Positions 40,671-50,265 of a stretch of DNA of 64,000 nucleotides are shown here, piece by piece. The notes below the pieces were generated by a model. The model made no database searches. It was not told where the DNA came from and saw nothing but the letters and a program-made list of their open reading frames with translations. Within the stretch, counting starts at the first letter, position 1; every line of letters starts with the position of its first letter. A program made the translations under genes and the position numbers. Origin of the DNA: Chloroflexota bacterium (GTDB taxonomy: Bacteria > Chloroflexota > Limnocylindria > Limnocylindrales > CSP1-4); NCBI GenBank assembly GCA_021783095.1, contig JAJXUG010000014.1:1895-65894 (forward strand), read 5' to 3'.

Positions 40671-40704
40671 CGGTGCTCCCTTCCTGGGCGCGGGGGCCCT
40701 TCTG

Positions 40705-40733
40705 GTTGACAGAACTATTCGTGTCGAGTAAAT
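40705..40733 (+). promoter_or_regulatory. sigma-70-like promoter TTGACA-N17-TAAATA giving a leaderless or near-leaderless marR transcript
   Basis: Motifs read directly from the sequence. The ATG of marR lies about 10 nt after the -10 box. Confidence 0.4.
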
Positions 40734-40743
40734 ACTTCATGCG

Positions 40744-41298
40744 ATGGAAACAACTGTCGAATCCGATCCCACCGCCGAACGCCGGCAGGCCGCGGAGACC
40801 GTGCTCGCCGGCCTCGCCGTCGCTGTCGGGTCGCTTCGGTGCGCCGGCTCGCAGCGGCTGGTCCGGCTGGGCATCAGCATGACGCACTTCAACGTCCTCA
40901 CGCTGCTCCGCCACCACGAGGCGATGCCGATGGGTCGGCTCGCGGACATCCTGGATGCGTCGATGTCGAACGCCACCGGGATCATCGACCGGATGGAGGA
41001 GCGCGGGCTCGTGGAGCGGGTCCGGGTCCCGGACGACCGGCGCGTGGTGCTGGTGAGGCCCACGAAGGCAGGCCTCGACCTCGTGGACGACGTGGAACTC
41101 GTCAAGAACGAGGTCATGATCCGGGCGCTCGCCCGCCTCGACGATGCCCAGCTCGAGCGCCTCTCCGCGGCGGCAGCCGACATCGGTGAGGCCGTCGAGG
41201 CGGAGATGGCCAGCCATCCCGAGCGCTTCGGCGACCTCGAGCCCCACCTGCGCACGCACCTGCACCCGCACGCCCGCGCCGCCCAGCCAGCCCCCTGA
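40744..41298 (+). CDS. MarR-family transcriptional regulator
   Basis: Winged-HTH (MTHFNVLTLLRHHEAMPMGRLADILDASMSNATGIIDRMEERGLVER). Confidence 0.8.
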   Translation: METTVESDPTAERRQAAETVLAGLAVAVGSLRCAGSQRLVRLGISMTHFNVLTLLRHHEAMPMGRLADILDASMSNATGIIDRMEERGLVERVRVPDDRRVVLVRPTKAGLDLVDDVELVKNEVMIRALARLDDAQLERLSAAAADIGEAVEAEMASHPERFGDLEPHLRTHLHPHARAAQPAP

Positions 41299-41349
41299 GG
41301 GCCAGCGTCCCACCCCGCCCGCGTGGCGGCGATCCAGAAAGGAACCATC

Positions 41350-43050
41350 GTGGAAGCCCTTCCGTTCGACGAAGGCCCGGAGACCCCGGACTTCGCCCAT
41401 GACCCGGCTCTCGGGCTGGCGCGGCGGACGAAGTTCGAGATCCTCGCCGCCATCCTGCTTGCGATGTTCCTCGGCGCCCTCGACCAGACGATCGTCGGTC
41501 CCGTCCTGCCGCGGATCGTCGGCGACCTCAACGGCGCCGACTACTACACCTGGGTCGTGACGGCCTACCTGCTCACGAGCACGGTCACCGTCCCGGTCTA
41601 CGGCAAGCTGTCCGACCTGTACGGCCGCCGGCCGATGCTGCTGCTGGGCATCGTGCTGTTCCTGGTGGGCTCCGCGCTGTCGGGACTGAGCCAGTCGATG
41701 TGGCAGCTGATCCTGTTCCGGGGCATCCAGGGCCTGGGCGCGGGCTCGTTGTTCCCGATCGCCCTCGCGGTCATCGGCGACCTGTTCACGCCGGCCGAGC
41801 GCGGCAAGTACCAGGGCCTGTTCGGCGCCGTCTTCGGCATCGCGTTCCTGCTCGGCCCGGGCCTGGGCGGGTTCCTGACCGACACCTTCAGCTGGCACGC
41901 CATCTTCTACGTCAACGTGCCGATCGGCATCCTCGCCCTGGTCGTGATCACAGCCCTGCTGCCCAACGTGCGCAAGGAGGGCGCCCGGCCGAAGATCGAC
42001 GTGCTCGGCAGCGCCACGCTGGTGGGCGGCCTGGTGCCGATCCTGATCGCGCTCACGATCGCCGAGGACGGCAACTGGGGCAACCCCTGGATCTGGGGGC
42101 TGATCGGCCTGGGCGTCGTGCTGATCGTGACGTTCGTGGTCATCGAGGCGCGAACAGAAGAGCCGATCATCCCGCTCCACCTGTTCCGCAGCCGCACCTT
42201 CAGCGCCTCGATGGTCGCCATCTTCCTCGCGACGTTCGGGTTCGGCGCCGCGATCATCTTCCTGCCGCTGTACTACCAGGTCGTGCAGGGCGCCAGCGCC
42301 ACCGAATCGGGCTACAAGCTGCTGCCGTTCCTCGGCGGCCTGATCCTGAGCTCCATCGCCTCGGGCCAGGTCGTGGCGCGCACCGGGCGCTACAAGCCGG
42401 TGCTCCTGGTCGGCATGGTGTTCCTCGCCGTCGGCCTGGCGCTGATGACGCAGCTCCGCGCCGAAACCTCCGACGCGATGCTCTGGTCCTGGATGTTCGT
42501 CACCGGGCTGGGCGTCGGCCCGACGTTCGCCGTGTTCACCATCGTGGTCCAGAACTCGGTGCCGTTCCACGAGCTGGGCGCGGCCACGAGCGACCTGACG
42601 CTGTTCCGCCAGATCGGGACCACCGTCGGGCTCACGATGGCGTTCACGCTGTTCCGCAACAACCTCACGTGGGACCTGCTGCGCAGCGAGATCGTCAACC
42701 GCGGCGTGCCCGCGACGTTCGTCCCGGCGGCAGCACCGCCGGGCTTCGACCTCGGCGCGCTGACCAACCCAGTGGGCGCCAGCACCGCGATGGACTTCCT
42801 GACCAAGGTCCCGGCGCAGGTCCAGCCGCTGTTCGTCGAGGGCTTCCACAGCGCGCTGACCATCGCGATCGCGAACAGCATGTGGCTGGGCGTGGGCGCG
42901 ACGATCGCCGCGCTGGGGGCCACCGTGTTCCTCCACGAGATCCCGCTTCGGCAGACGCACGCCCCCCGGGCCACGTCCGCAGCGTCCTCGACGACGGGCG
43001 AGGGGCGCGCCAACATCGCCGAGGCCACCAGCCGGACCGCCCTCGATTGA
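41350..43050 (+). CDS. MFS transporter, DHA2 (EmrB/QacA) 14-TMS family
   Basis: 14 predicted TM helices. Motif A GKLSDLYGRRPML. A GTG start after AAAGGAA is chosen. An alternative start is at 41323. Confidence 0.8.
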   Translation: MEALPFDEGPETPDFAHDPALGLARRTKFEILAAILLAMFLGALDQTIVGPVLPRIVGDLNGADYYTWVVTAYLLTSTVTVPVYGKLSDLYGRRPMLLLGIVLFLVGSALSGLSQSMWQLILFRGIQGLGAGSLFPIALAVIGDLFTPAERGKYQGLFGAVFGIAFLLGPGLGGFLTDTFSWHAIFYVNVPIGILALVVITALLPNVRKEGARPKIDVLGSATLVGGLVPILIALTIAEDGNWGNPWIWGLIGLGVVLIVTFVVIEARTEEPIIPLHLFRSRTFSASMVAIFLATFGFGAAIIFLPLYYQVVQGASATESGYKLLPFLGGLILSSIASGQVVARTGRYKPVLLVGMVFLAVGLALMTQLRAETSDAMLWSWMFVTGLGVGPTFAVFTIVVQNSVPFHELGAATSDLTLFRQIGTTVGLTMAFTLFRNNLTWDLLRSEIVNRGVPATFVPAAAPPGFDLGALTNPVGASTAMDFLTKVPAQVQPLFVEGFHSALTIAIANSMWLGVGATIAALGATVFLHEIPLRQTHAPRATSAASSTTGEGRANIAEATSRTALD

Positions 43051-43060
43051 GGCCGCCACC

Positions 43061-43540
43061 ATGGCCAGCGTGCTCGCGTTCCCGCCGCTGCGGCTCGCAC
43101 CCGGGTCGGACGCCGCGCCGTTCGCCCCGGCGCTCCCGCTGGCCGAACTGCCGGCGGGGGCGATGCGGCGGGTCACGTTCGGCGACGTCGACGTGCTGCT
43201 GGCGCACACGTCGTCGGGGATCGCCGCCGTGGACGACCGCTGCCCGCACATGGCGGCGCCGCTCTCGATCGGCGAGCTCGACGGGTGCGTCGTGGCCTGC
43301 CCGCTGCACAACGGGCGGTTCGACCTGTCAACCGGCGAGCCGATCCAGATGCCCACCACGGGCGGCCTGCTCCCCGATGGCGACTACGTCCCCACGTGGT
43401 CGCCGCCCGGTCGGGAGCCCAAGGAGGACCCGCCCGGCAAGAAGGCGGACGCTCGTCGGCTCACCCGCGTCCGGCGGTTCCGCTACTACCCGGTGCGAAT
43501 CTCCGACGATGGCGTGGTGGAGGTGGCGGTTCCGCGCTGA
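43061..43540 (+). CDS. Rieske [2Fe-2S] domain protein (NirD/small oxygenase ferredoxin-like)
   Basis: CPH-X15-CPLH cluster ligands (CPHMAAPLSIGELDGCVVACPLHNGRF). Confidence 0.7.
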   Translation: MASVLAFPPLRLAPGSDAAPFAPALPLAELPAGAMRRVTFGDVDVLLAHTSSGIAAVDDRCPHMAAPLSIGELDGCVVACPLHNGRFDLSTGEPIQMPTTGGLLPDGDYVPTWSPPGREPKEDPPGKKADARRLTRVRRFRYYPVRISDDGVVEVAVPR

Positions 43541-43574
43541 GCCAGGACGGAGCCAGCCGATGAGCAACCTCTCA

Positions 43575-43599
43575 TCTCAGCCACAGCGGCCGCTGAGAT
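43575..43599 (+). terminator. stem-loop TCTCAGC-N10-GCTGAGA (with an internal GCGGCCGC palindrome) after the Rieske gene
   Basis: A 7-bp inverted repeat followed by a pyrimidine-rich tract. Confidence 0.4.
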
Positions 43600-43861
43600 C
43601 TCCCGTCCGATGCTGCGTGGCATCCGAGGCCGGTACTCTCCTCCCCGCCGGTAGCGGATGAAGCGGCAACATGTCGGAGCCCCCGCAGAGCTCTGGCGAC
43701 CGACGGAAGCGACGCAGCCCCCGCCCCCCAGGGATTGCGTCGTTTTCGTTTGTGGCGCGGGGTTCGCCTCGGACTCGCGTCGGCCCCGGGATCCTCCGGA
43801 TCGCGTCGTCTTGGTTGGTGGCGGAGCGGGTCTCGCTGGTCGCCGCCCCCGGCACCGGGGG

Positions 43862-44821
43862 CTAGCGATTGCGCTCGACGAACAGGATCCCGCCCAGGAC
43901 GATCGCGGCCCCGACGAGCTGCACCGGCGTCAGCACCTCGCCCAGCACGAGCCACGCGATGGCGGTGGCGATGATCGGCTCGGTCATGCCCACCACCGAG
44001 GCCTGCGACGCCCGCAGGTGCTGCATCGACACGACCACCAGCGAGAACGGGACCACCGTCCCGAGCAGGACCACGTACCCCACGAGCAGCGGCACGGGCC
44101 AGGCGACGGCGCCCGTCGCGGGCACGGTGGTGCTCCCCGCCATCGACGCCCAAGGGAACGACCACCATGGCTGGGCCACCACCCAGAACAGCGCCGCGGC
44201 GCCCATGCCCCACATCGTGAGCGACACCGGGTCGCGCCGGTACGGCCCGCGGACCTGCGCGTCGGCGCTGAGGTAGTAGACGACGAGCGCCAGCATCGCC
44301 CCGACCGCCGCGATGACCCCGATCGCATCGAGCTGGAATCCCTGCCAGACCTGAGCGACCACGGCGAGGCCGACGAGCGCCGCCAGCAGGCCCACCCACA
44401 CGGCCGGGGGCGTCGAGTGGCCGAGTCGGAAGCGGAACCAGAGCGCGATCACGAGCGGCGAGGTGAACTCGATCAGCAGGGAGATGCTGATCGGGATGCG
44501 CGAGATCGACACGAAGTAGAGCGACTGCGTCGCGGCGACGCCGAGGATCCCGTACACGAGCAGCAGCGGGAGCTCGCCGCGCCGGAGCCGCAGCGCCGAT
44601 CGGCGCGTGAACGCGACGAACACGAGGAGCACCAGGAACGCGCCCGTGGTCCGCAGCTGCGAGAGGCGCAGCGCGTCGACGCCCGTCTCCATCGCCGCCT
44701 TGGCGACGGTCCCGTTGAGCGAGAACAGGAACGCGGCGACCAGGTACAGCGCGTACCCGCGGAGGGGGCTCCTCCGGAGCGCCGGAACGACGCCCGGCAG
44801 CGGCTCGGCGAGGTCGGTCAC
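43862..44821 (-). CDS. DMT-superfamily (EamA) transporter
   Basis: 10 TM helices with two EamA repeats. Confidence 0.75.
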   Translation of the reverse strand: MTDLAEPLPGVVPALRRSPLRGYALYLVAAFLFSLNGTVAKAAMETGVDALRLSQLRTTGAFLVLLVFVAFTRRSALRLRRGELPLLLVYGILGVAATQSLYFVSISRIPISISLLIEFTSPLVIALWFRFRLGHSTPPAVWVGLLAALVGLAVVAQVWQGFQLDAIGVIAAVGAMLALVVYYLSADAQVRGPYRRDPVSLTMWGMGAAALFWVVAQPWWSFPWASMAGSTTVPATGAVAWPVPLLVGYVVLLGTVVPFSLVVVSMQHLRASQASVVGMTEPIIATAIAWLVLGEVLTPVQLVGAAIVLGGILFVERNR

Positions 44822-45546
44822 CCCTCGATGCCGTTGGCCTTCGCGTACGCGGCGATGATCGACACCGCCTCGGCCGGGTCGTCGGTGACCTTGAGCAGGG
44901 CGATGTCGCCTTCCGCAACCGCACCGGCGGGCAGCTGGACGGCGCGCATCCAGTCGATCAGGCCGTCCCAGTAGGCGTGGCCGATCAGCACGACCGGGAA
45001 GTTGCGGATCTTGCCGGTCTGGATGAGGGTCAGGCTCTCGAACAACTCGTCGAGCGTGCCGAAGCCGCCGGGCATGATCACGAACGCGTCCGCGTACTTC
45101 ACGAACATCGTCTTGCGGGCGAAGAAGTAGTGGAACGAGATCGACAGGTCGACGTAGGGATTGAGGTGCTGCTCGTGCGGCAGCTCGATGTTGCAGCCGA
45201 TCGAGAGGCCGCCCGCCTCGTGGGCGCCGCGGTTGGCCGCCTCCATCGACCCCGGGCCGCCGCCCGTGATCACGGCGAAGCCGGCCCGAGCCAGGTCACC
45301 GCCGATCCGGCGGGCAAGCTCGTACTGCGGGGTCTCGGTCCTCGTCCGCGCCGACCCGAACACCGCCACGGCCGGCCCGACGCCGGCGAGCGCCTCGAAC
45401 CCCTCGACGAACTCCGAGAGGATCCGCAGGACGCGCCACGTGTCCTCCTCGAGGAACGGCGGGCGGCCCGCCGGGCGCGTCGCGAGGAGCTTCTCGTCCT
45501 CGGTCGTGCGCCGGCCGCCCATGCGCTCGGCCGCCTCGGGGCGCAT
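44818..45546 (-). CDS. LOG-family protein (cytokinin riboside 5'-monophosphate phosphoribohydrolase / TIGR00730)
   Basis: GGGPGSMEA and PGGFGTLDEL motifs. The ORF may extend to 45639. Confidence 0.75.
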   Translation of the reverse strand: MRPEAAERMGGRRTTEDEKLLATRPAGRPPFLEEDTWRVLRILSEFVEGFEALAGVGPAVAVFGSARTRTETPQYELARRIGGDLARAGFAVITGGGPGSMEAANRGAHEAGGLSIGCNIELPHEQHLNPYVDLSISFHYFFARKTMFVKYADAFVIMPGGFGTLDELFESLTLIQTGKIRNFPVVLIGHAYWDGLIDWMRAVQLPAGAVAEGDIALLKVTDDPAEAVSIIAAYAKANGIEG

Positions 45547-45803
45547 CGCCACGCGCCCGCTGCGGACGGTCCAGGGGCCCGGGGTCAGGGCGGGTGGCTT
45601 GGGATCCTGCGGGGTGCTCACGCTGAGGGAGGATGCCACGCCGCGACGAGGAGCGTGGGCGCCCGGCGCAAGGCGACAGCGGCGCGGACTCGCGCGAAGG
45701 CCGTAACCCGAGGTGCAGGACGACCGTCTTCATGTCGGCCCGCCGACACTCGCGCCCGCAGACGGCGAGAAGCCCACGGCGAGGAGTACAGAGGCTCGAT
45801 CCC

Positions 45804-47615
45804 ATGGACGGCGCTAGTCGTTCTCGGCGTCCTGCGCGTCGTTTCGACGCCCTCCTCCTCGGTGTGCTATTGGCCGCCACTGCCTGCGGATCTCCCGCAC
45901 CCTCCCCTTCCGGCCCGCAGGCAGCACAATCGAGCGCAACCGTGGCGCCGCCGTCCCCCACTGCCTTCCCCAGTCCATCAGGAAACGCTGGGCCCACGTC
46001 GGCCCCCTCCGCCTCGCCGAATGCAGCCCCCGTCGCCGAGCTAGCCGCCGGGCTGCTGGCCATCACCGTGTCGGACGGCGTTCGCGTGCGATCGCTGCCG
46101 CATGTCGCGGACGACTCGATCAAGTACAGCCCCGTGCTGCCGACCGGCGCGAGCCTGCTCGTCACCGGCGGTCCCGTCGTCGCGAGCGGGTACACCTGGA
46201 TGGAAGTCGCCCCGCTGTCCGTCAAGCTCGCCGGCGGCGTCGATCGCGGATGGGTGGCCGTCGCGGACCATGACGGCACGCCATGGGTGGCTGTCGATCC
46301 CGATCCGACTCCAGGCTACGAGCTCGCGAGCAGCTCGGCCGCCCGGGTTGCGGGAACGCTCGCCGCGGCGAAGCGCGAGGCGTCCCAGGCGAACGCATTC
46401 GGCGTCGCGCTCTACCGCAAGCTCCTGGCCAGCGGGACCGTCAAGGCGTCGAGCGGCATGGTCTTCTCGCCGACGAGCATCGTGGACGCCCTCGCCATGG
46501 CCCGCGCGGGGGCAAAGGGCGAGACGGCGACGCAGATGGACGCAGTGCTGCGGGCAGCCGGCTGGGACGAGCTTGGCCTGGGGATCGCGTCTCTGGACGA
46601 GCAGCTCGCCTCACGCGACGCGACCTTCGCCGACTTCGAGGGGAAGCTGCACACGCTGGCGCTCCGACTCGCCAACATCGCCTTCGTCCAGCGCGGCTTC
46701 CCCGTTGACTCCACGTATCTCGCGCGCGTGGGCCGGACGTTCGGGGCCGGGATCGCCCTCGTGGACTTCAAGGCCGACACCGCAGGAGCGATCCGGGCGG
46801 TCAACGGCTGGGTCAGTCGCCAGACGATGGGGCGGATCCCGGTGATCGTGGACAAGAACTCGATCACGGACGCAACGCGCCTCGCGCTGGTGAACGCGAT
46901 CTACCTCAGGGCCAACTGGGCTCGGGAGTTCTGGCCGTCCCAGACGCGGCAGGAGGCGTTCGCTGTGCCCGGTGGCCGCGCCGTGAGCGTGGCGATGATG
47001 CACCAGGACGGCGCGCAGTCCATCGGCCTCGCGACGGGTCTCGGCTGGAAGGCGACCGAGCTCTACTACCTGGGCAAGGACGGCCGGCCGCTGGCGATGA
47101 CGCTGATCCTCCCCGACAACCTGACGGCCTTCGAGCGGACGCTCTCGACGAGCGTGCTCGACGCCGTGCAGGCGAAGATAACCGCCGAGGAGCGCCGTAT
47201 CGAGAAGTCGACGGAAGCCACCTCGGCCGGCGACTGCGGCACCTACGCGTACCAAGTCGCCCTCGGCCTGCCACGCTTCGGCGTGGAGACGGCGGTCGAG
47301 CTCGCGAGGATCCTCGGGGCGATGGGGATGCCGCTCGCGGTGACGCGCGGCGCGGCCGACTTCACGGCCATCAACCCTGACGCGCAGCTGTACATCAACG
47401 CCGTCGTCCACAAGGCGAACGTCGACGTGGACGAGAAGGGCACGACGGCCTCGGCCGCGACTGTCGTGAGCGTGGACACCGGCGGCTGCACGGGCCCGGA
47501 GCCGGCGAAGACGGTCGCGCTCACGTTCAACCGTCCCTTCCTATTCCTGATCAGGGACGTCAAGACCGGCGCGATCGCATTCATCGGCCGGGTAACGGAC
47601 CCGACCAAGCGCTGA
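45804..47615 (+). CDS. lipoprotein serpin (serine protease inhibitor) with N-terminal Pro/Ser-rich linker and SH3b-like domain
   Basis: Lipobox LAATACG. A serpin core (FSPTSIVDALAMARAGAKGET...), the RCL hinge EKGTTASAAT and the C-terminal FNRPFLFLIRD. Confidence 0.8.
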   Translation: MDGASRSRRPARRFDALLLGVLLAATACGSPAPSPSGPQAAQSSATVAPPSPTAFPSPSGNAGPTSAPSASPNAAPVAELAAGLLAITVSDGVRVRSLPHVADDSIKYSPVLPTGASLLVTGGPVVASGYTWMEVAPLSVKLAGGVDRGWVAVADHDGTPWVAVDPDPTPGYELASSSAARVAGTLAAAKREASQANAFGVALYRKLLASGTVKASSGMVFSPTSIVDALAMARAGAKGETATQMDAVLRAAGWDELGLGIASLDEQLASRDATFADFEGKLHTLALRLANIAFVQRGFPVDSTYLARVGRTFGAGIALVDFKADTAGAIRAVNGWVSRQTMGRIPVIVDKNSITDATRLALVNAIYLRANWAREFWPSQTRQEAFAVPGGRAVSVAMMHQDGAQSIGLATGLGWKATELYYLGKDGRPLAMTLILPDNLTAFERTLSTSVLDAVQAKITAEERRIEKSTEATSAGDCGTYAYQVALGLPRFGVETAVELARILGAMGMPLAVTRGAADFTAINPDAQLYINAVVHKANVDVDEKGTTASAATVVSVDTGGCTGPEPAKTVALTFNRPFLFLIRDVKTGAIAFIGRVTDPTKR

Positions 47616-47902
47616 CCGCGGCCACGTCCGGGACGCGATGTCTGCCCGACTGCCGCATGCCTAGCCGCGATGCGCCGCGGCGCCTACGAGCGCCGGACAA
47701 GAAGCGCCCGGTCGCGGCGCTCGACGAGCGCCAAGCTGCCGCTTCGCCGTGTCGTCGGGCCGATCCTGGCGCTCGCGACACGCCATTCCCCGCGCCGTGG
47801 CGCTCGCACAGCGCCATCCTGAACACCGCGGGGCTCGACACCAATGACTTGGCGCGCCGACAGCGCCACTGAGGCGAACGATGCCGTCCGAGGCGTGGGC
47901 CC

Positions 47903-48295
47903 CTACTTCGGCCGGGCGAGCCAGGCCCTCCAGGCGTCCTCGGCCTTGCCCGCGGTCACATCGTCGCCGTAGCGCACCAGCGGCAGGCGGAGGAGCCGCA
48001 CGTCCGAGAGGAGGCGGGCCGCGATGCCGGCCGTGTCGGTGGTCAGGTACGCGAGGCCCTGCTCCTTGTACTGGCGGCTCTCGGTGTCGAGACACGCCGC
48101 CGCGCCCAGCTTGTCCGTGAACCGGCGCAGCTCCCCGGCCGCGATGGGCTTCTTGCGCAGGTCCACGAAGTGCACGACGATCCGCCGCTCCCGGAAGAAC
48201 CGCAGCGCGCCGCGCGTGGCCTGCGAGTCCTCGAGGCCGAAGACCTGGATGTTCGGCATCTTCTTGGTGGGCGTCTTGCCGAGCGGGGCGGGCAT
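47903..48295 (-). CDS. ArsC/Spx/YffB-family thioredoxin-fold protein lacking the catalytic cysteine
   Basis: IQVFGLEDSQATRGALRFF aligns to the ArsC/Spx N-terminus with the Cys replaced by Asp/Ser. It is the C-terminal part of a long artefactual ORF. Start may instead be the internal ATG at about 48259. Confidence 0.5.
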   Translation of the reverse strand: MPAPLGKTPTKKMPNIQVFGLEDSQATRGALRFFRERRIVVHFVDLRKKPIAAGELRRFTDKLGAAACLDTESRQYKEQGLAYLTTDTAGIAARLLSDVRLLRLPLVRYGDDVTAGKAEDAWRAWLARPK

Positions 48296-48346
48296 GGGCG
48301 CAGGGTAGCGCGCTGGCCGCGTACCATGGCGGCAGGAGGATCCCCG

Positions 48347-48616
48347 ATGACCGTCTGGTTCACCGTGCAGCTCGACGACCGGCCCGGCGCCCTCGCCCGC
48401 GTGGCGCAGGCGCTCGCCGACCGCGGCGTCAACATCACCGGCATCGTCGGCGTGGCAGAGGACACCGGCGGTGCCCTGATGCTGACGACGAGCGACCCCG
48501 CCGCCACGCGCGAGGCGTTCACCAGCCTCGGCATCGCCTTCGAGGACCACGACCCCACCGGCTCCGATCCCGGCAGCATGTCGATCTCGGACATCGTCGC
48601 GAGCCGCGCCGGCTGA
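48347..48616 (+). CDS. ACT-domain protein (89 aa)
   Basis: VWFTVQLDDRPGALARVAQALADRGVNITGI ACT fold. AGGAGG RBS 7 nt upstream. Confidence 0.6.
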   Translation: MTVWFTVQLDDRPGALARVAQALADRGVNITGIVGVAEDTGGALMLTTSDPAATREAFTSLGIAFEDHDPTGSDPGSMSISDIVASRAG

Positions 48617-48622
48617 CGCCCC

Positions 48623-49324
48623 ATGCCCCGCCGCCACCCCAATCCCCTGCCGCCGACGACCGCGGTCCGCCTCGATGTCGAGGACGAGCCCGGCGCGGTC
48701 GCCGCGATCGCGGCAGCCGTGGCACGCGCCGGCGGACGGCCGCGGTCGCTCACGACGATGCGCCGGGCGGCGGCGCGGGATGCCGATGGCGGGCTGGGCC
48801 AGGCGGAGCTGGAGCTCGAGGTGGAGGGCGCTGACGAGGCCGCGCTGATCGCCGCGCTCCAGCCCCTGCGCGAGGTCGTCGAGATCCGCAAGACCCGTCC
48901 GATGGACAAGGTCTTCGGCAAGCGCGTGATCATCGTGGGCGGCGGCGCGCAGGTGGCGCAGGTCGCCCTGGGCGCGGTGACCGAGGCCGACCGCCACAAC
49001 ATCCGCGGCGAGCGGATCTCGGTGGACACGATCCCGCTCGTGGGCGAGGACGCCATCGCCACGGCCGTCCGCGCGGTGATCGACCTGCCCCGCGCCCGGC
49101 TGCTCGTGCTCGCGGGCTCCATCATGGGCGGCGACATCAGCCGTGCCGCGGACGAGCTGCGCGCGGTGGGCATCCCGATCATCGCGCTCAACATGGTGGG
49201 CTCGATCACCGACCACGTGGACCTGGTGGTCAGCGACCCGGTCCAGGCCGGGACGATGGCCGTCATGGCCGTCGCCGACACCGCCACCTTCGAGCTGGCG
49301 CGGCAGCGCGGCAGGCGGCTCTAA
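48623..49324 (+). CDS. ACT-domain protein with C-terminal Rossmann-like domain (233 aa)
   Basis: N-terminal ACT (VRLDVEDEPGAVAAIAAAVARAGG), then KRVIIVGGGAQVAQVALGA. It starts 7 nt after the previous ACT gene. Confidence 0.55.
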   Translation: MPRRHPNPLPPTTAVRLDVEDEPGAVAAIAAAVARAGGRPRSLTTMRRAAARDADGGLGQAELELEVEGADEAALIAALQPLREVVEIRKTRPMDKVFGKRVIIVGGGAQVAQVALGAVTEADRHNIRGERISVDTIPLVGEDAIATAVRAVIDLPRARLLVLAGSIMGGDISRAADELRAVGIPIIALNMVGSITDHVDLVVSDPVQAGTMAVMAVADTATFELARQRGRRL

Positions 49325-49355
49325 CCGACCGGACTGGCGCGAGGAGGCCGTCCCG

Positions 49356-50258
49356 ATGCGCATCGCCACCTGGAACGTCAACTCGCTCAAGGCCCGTCAG
49401 GAGGCCGTCGAGAAGTGGCTGGCCAAGGCCGAGCCCGACGTGCTCCTGATCCAGGAGACCAAGCTCTCCGACGCCGACGCGCCGGTGATGCCGTTCTCGA
49501 TGCTCGGCTACGAGCTGGTCCACCACGGCGAGGGGCGCTGGAACGGGGTCGGGATCCTCACCCGCGTCGGCGCCAGCGATGTCGTCTCGAACTTCGGGGA
49601 TGGGCCGGTCCGCGACTCGTCCGCGGGCTCCGGGCTGACGGTCAGCGAGGAGGACGACTTCAACCCGTTCGACGAGGCGCGGATGGTGTCGGCCGTGTGC
49701 GGGGGCGTGCGGGTCGTGAGCCTCTACGCGCCGAACGGGCGGATCGTCGGATCGCCGTTCTTCGCGGGCAAGCTGCGCTGGTTCGAGCGGCTGCGCCGCT
49801 GGCTCGACGAGACGCAGGCGCCCGACGCGCCGCTGGTCCTGGGCGGCGACTTCAACGTGACCCCCGCCGACGAGGACGTCTGGAGCCCTGCGCGGGCGCA
49901 CGGGGGCACGCACGTGTCGGAGCCCGAGCGCGACGCGCTGGCTGCACTGCGCTCCTGGGGGCTGGCGGACGCGTATCGCGCGGTGCGCCCCGAGCGCGGG
50001 CGGTTCTCCTGGTGGGACTATCGCGCGGGCATGTTCCACCGCAACGAGGGGATGCGGATCGACCTCCTGTACACGTCGGCACCCGTGGCCGCGCGCGTCG
50101 TGTGGGCGGAGATCGACCGCGAGGCCCGCAAGGGCCCGCCCACGCCGTCGGACCACGCGCCGGTCGTGATTGACCTCGACGAGCCGGGCAAGGCGTTCGA
50201 CGCGGGCTGGGAGGGCGCGCTGGCGCGCATCGCCGCCCGGACGAAGCCGCGCCCGTGA
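49356..50258 (+). CDS. xthA: exodeoxyribonuclease III (AP endonuclease, EEP family)
   Basis: MRIATWNVNSL, QETK and the C-terminal SDHAPV motifs. GAGGAGG RBS. Confidence 0.85.
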   Translation: MRIATWNVNSLKARQEAVEKWLAKAEPDVLLIQETKLSDADAPVMPFSMLGYELVHHGEGRWNGVGILTRVGASDVVSNFGDGPVRDSSAGSGLTVSEEDDFNPFDEARMVSAVCGGVRVVSLYAPNGRIVGSPFFAGKLRWFERLRRWLDETQAPDAPLVLGGDFNVTPADEDVWSPARAHGGTHVSEPERDALAALRSWGLADAYRAVRPERGRFSWWDYRAGMFHRNEGMRIDLLYTSAPVAARVVWAEIDREARKGPPTPSDHAPVVIDLDEPGKAFDAGWEGALARIAARTKPRP

Positions 50259-50265
50259 CCGAGGG

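Noticed and set aside
43658-44974. 438-aa plus-strand ORF
   Set aside because: It is antisense to the EamA/DMT transporter and the LOG gene. Its translation is Arg/Asp/Gly-rich junk.
47903-49390. 495-aa ORF
   Set aside because: Only the C-terminal 120-130 aa (the ArsC-fold protein) look genuine. The remainder is antisense to the two ACT genes.
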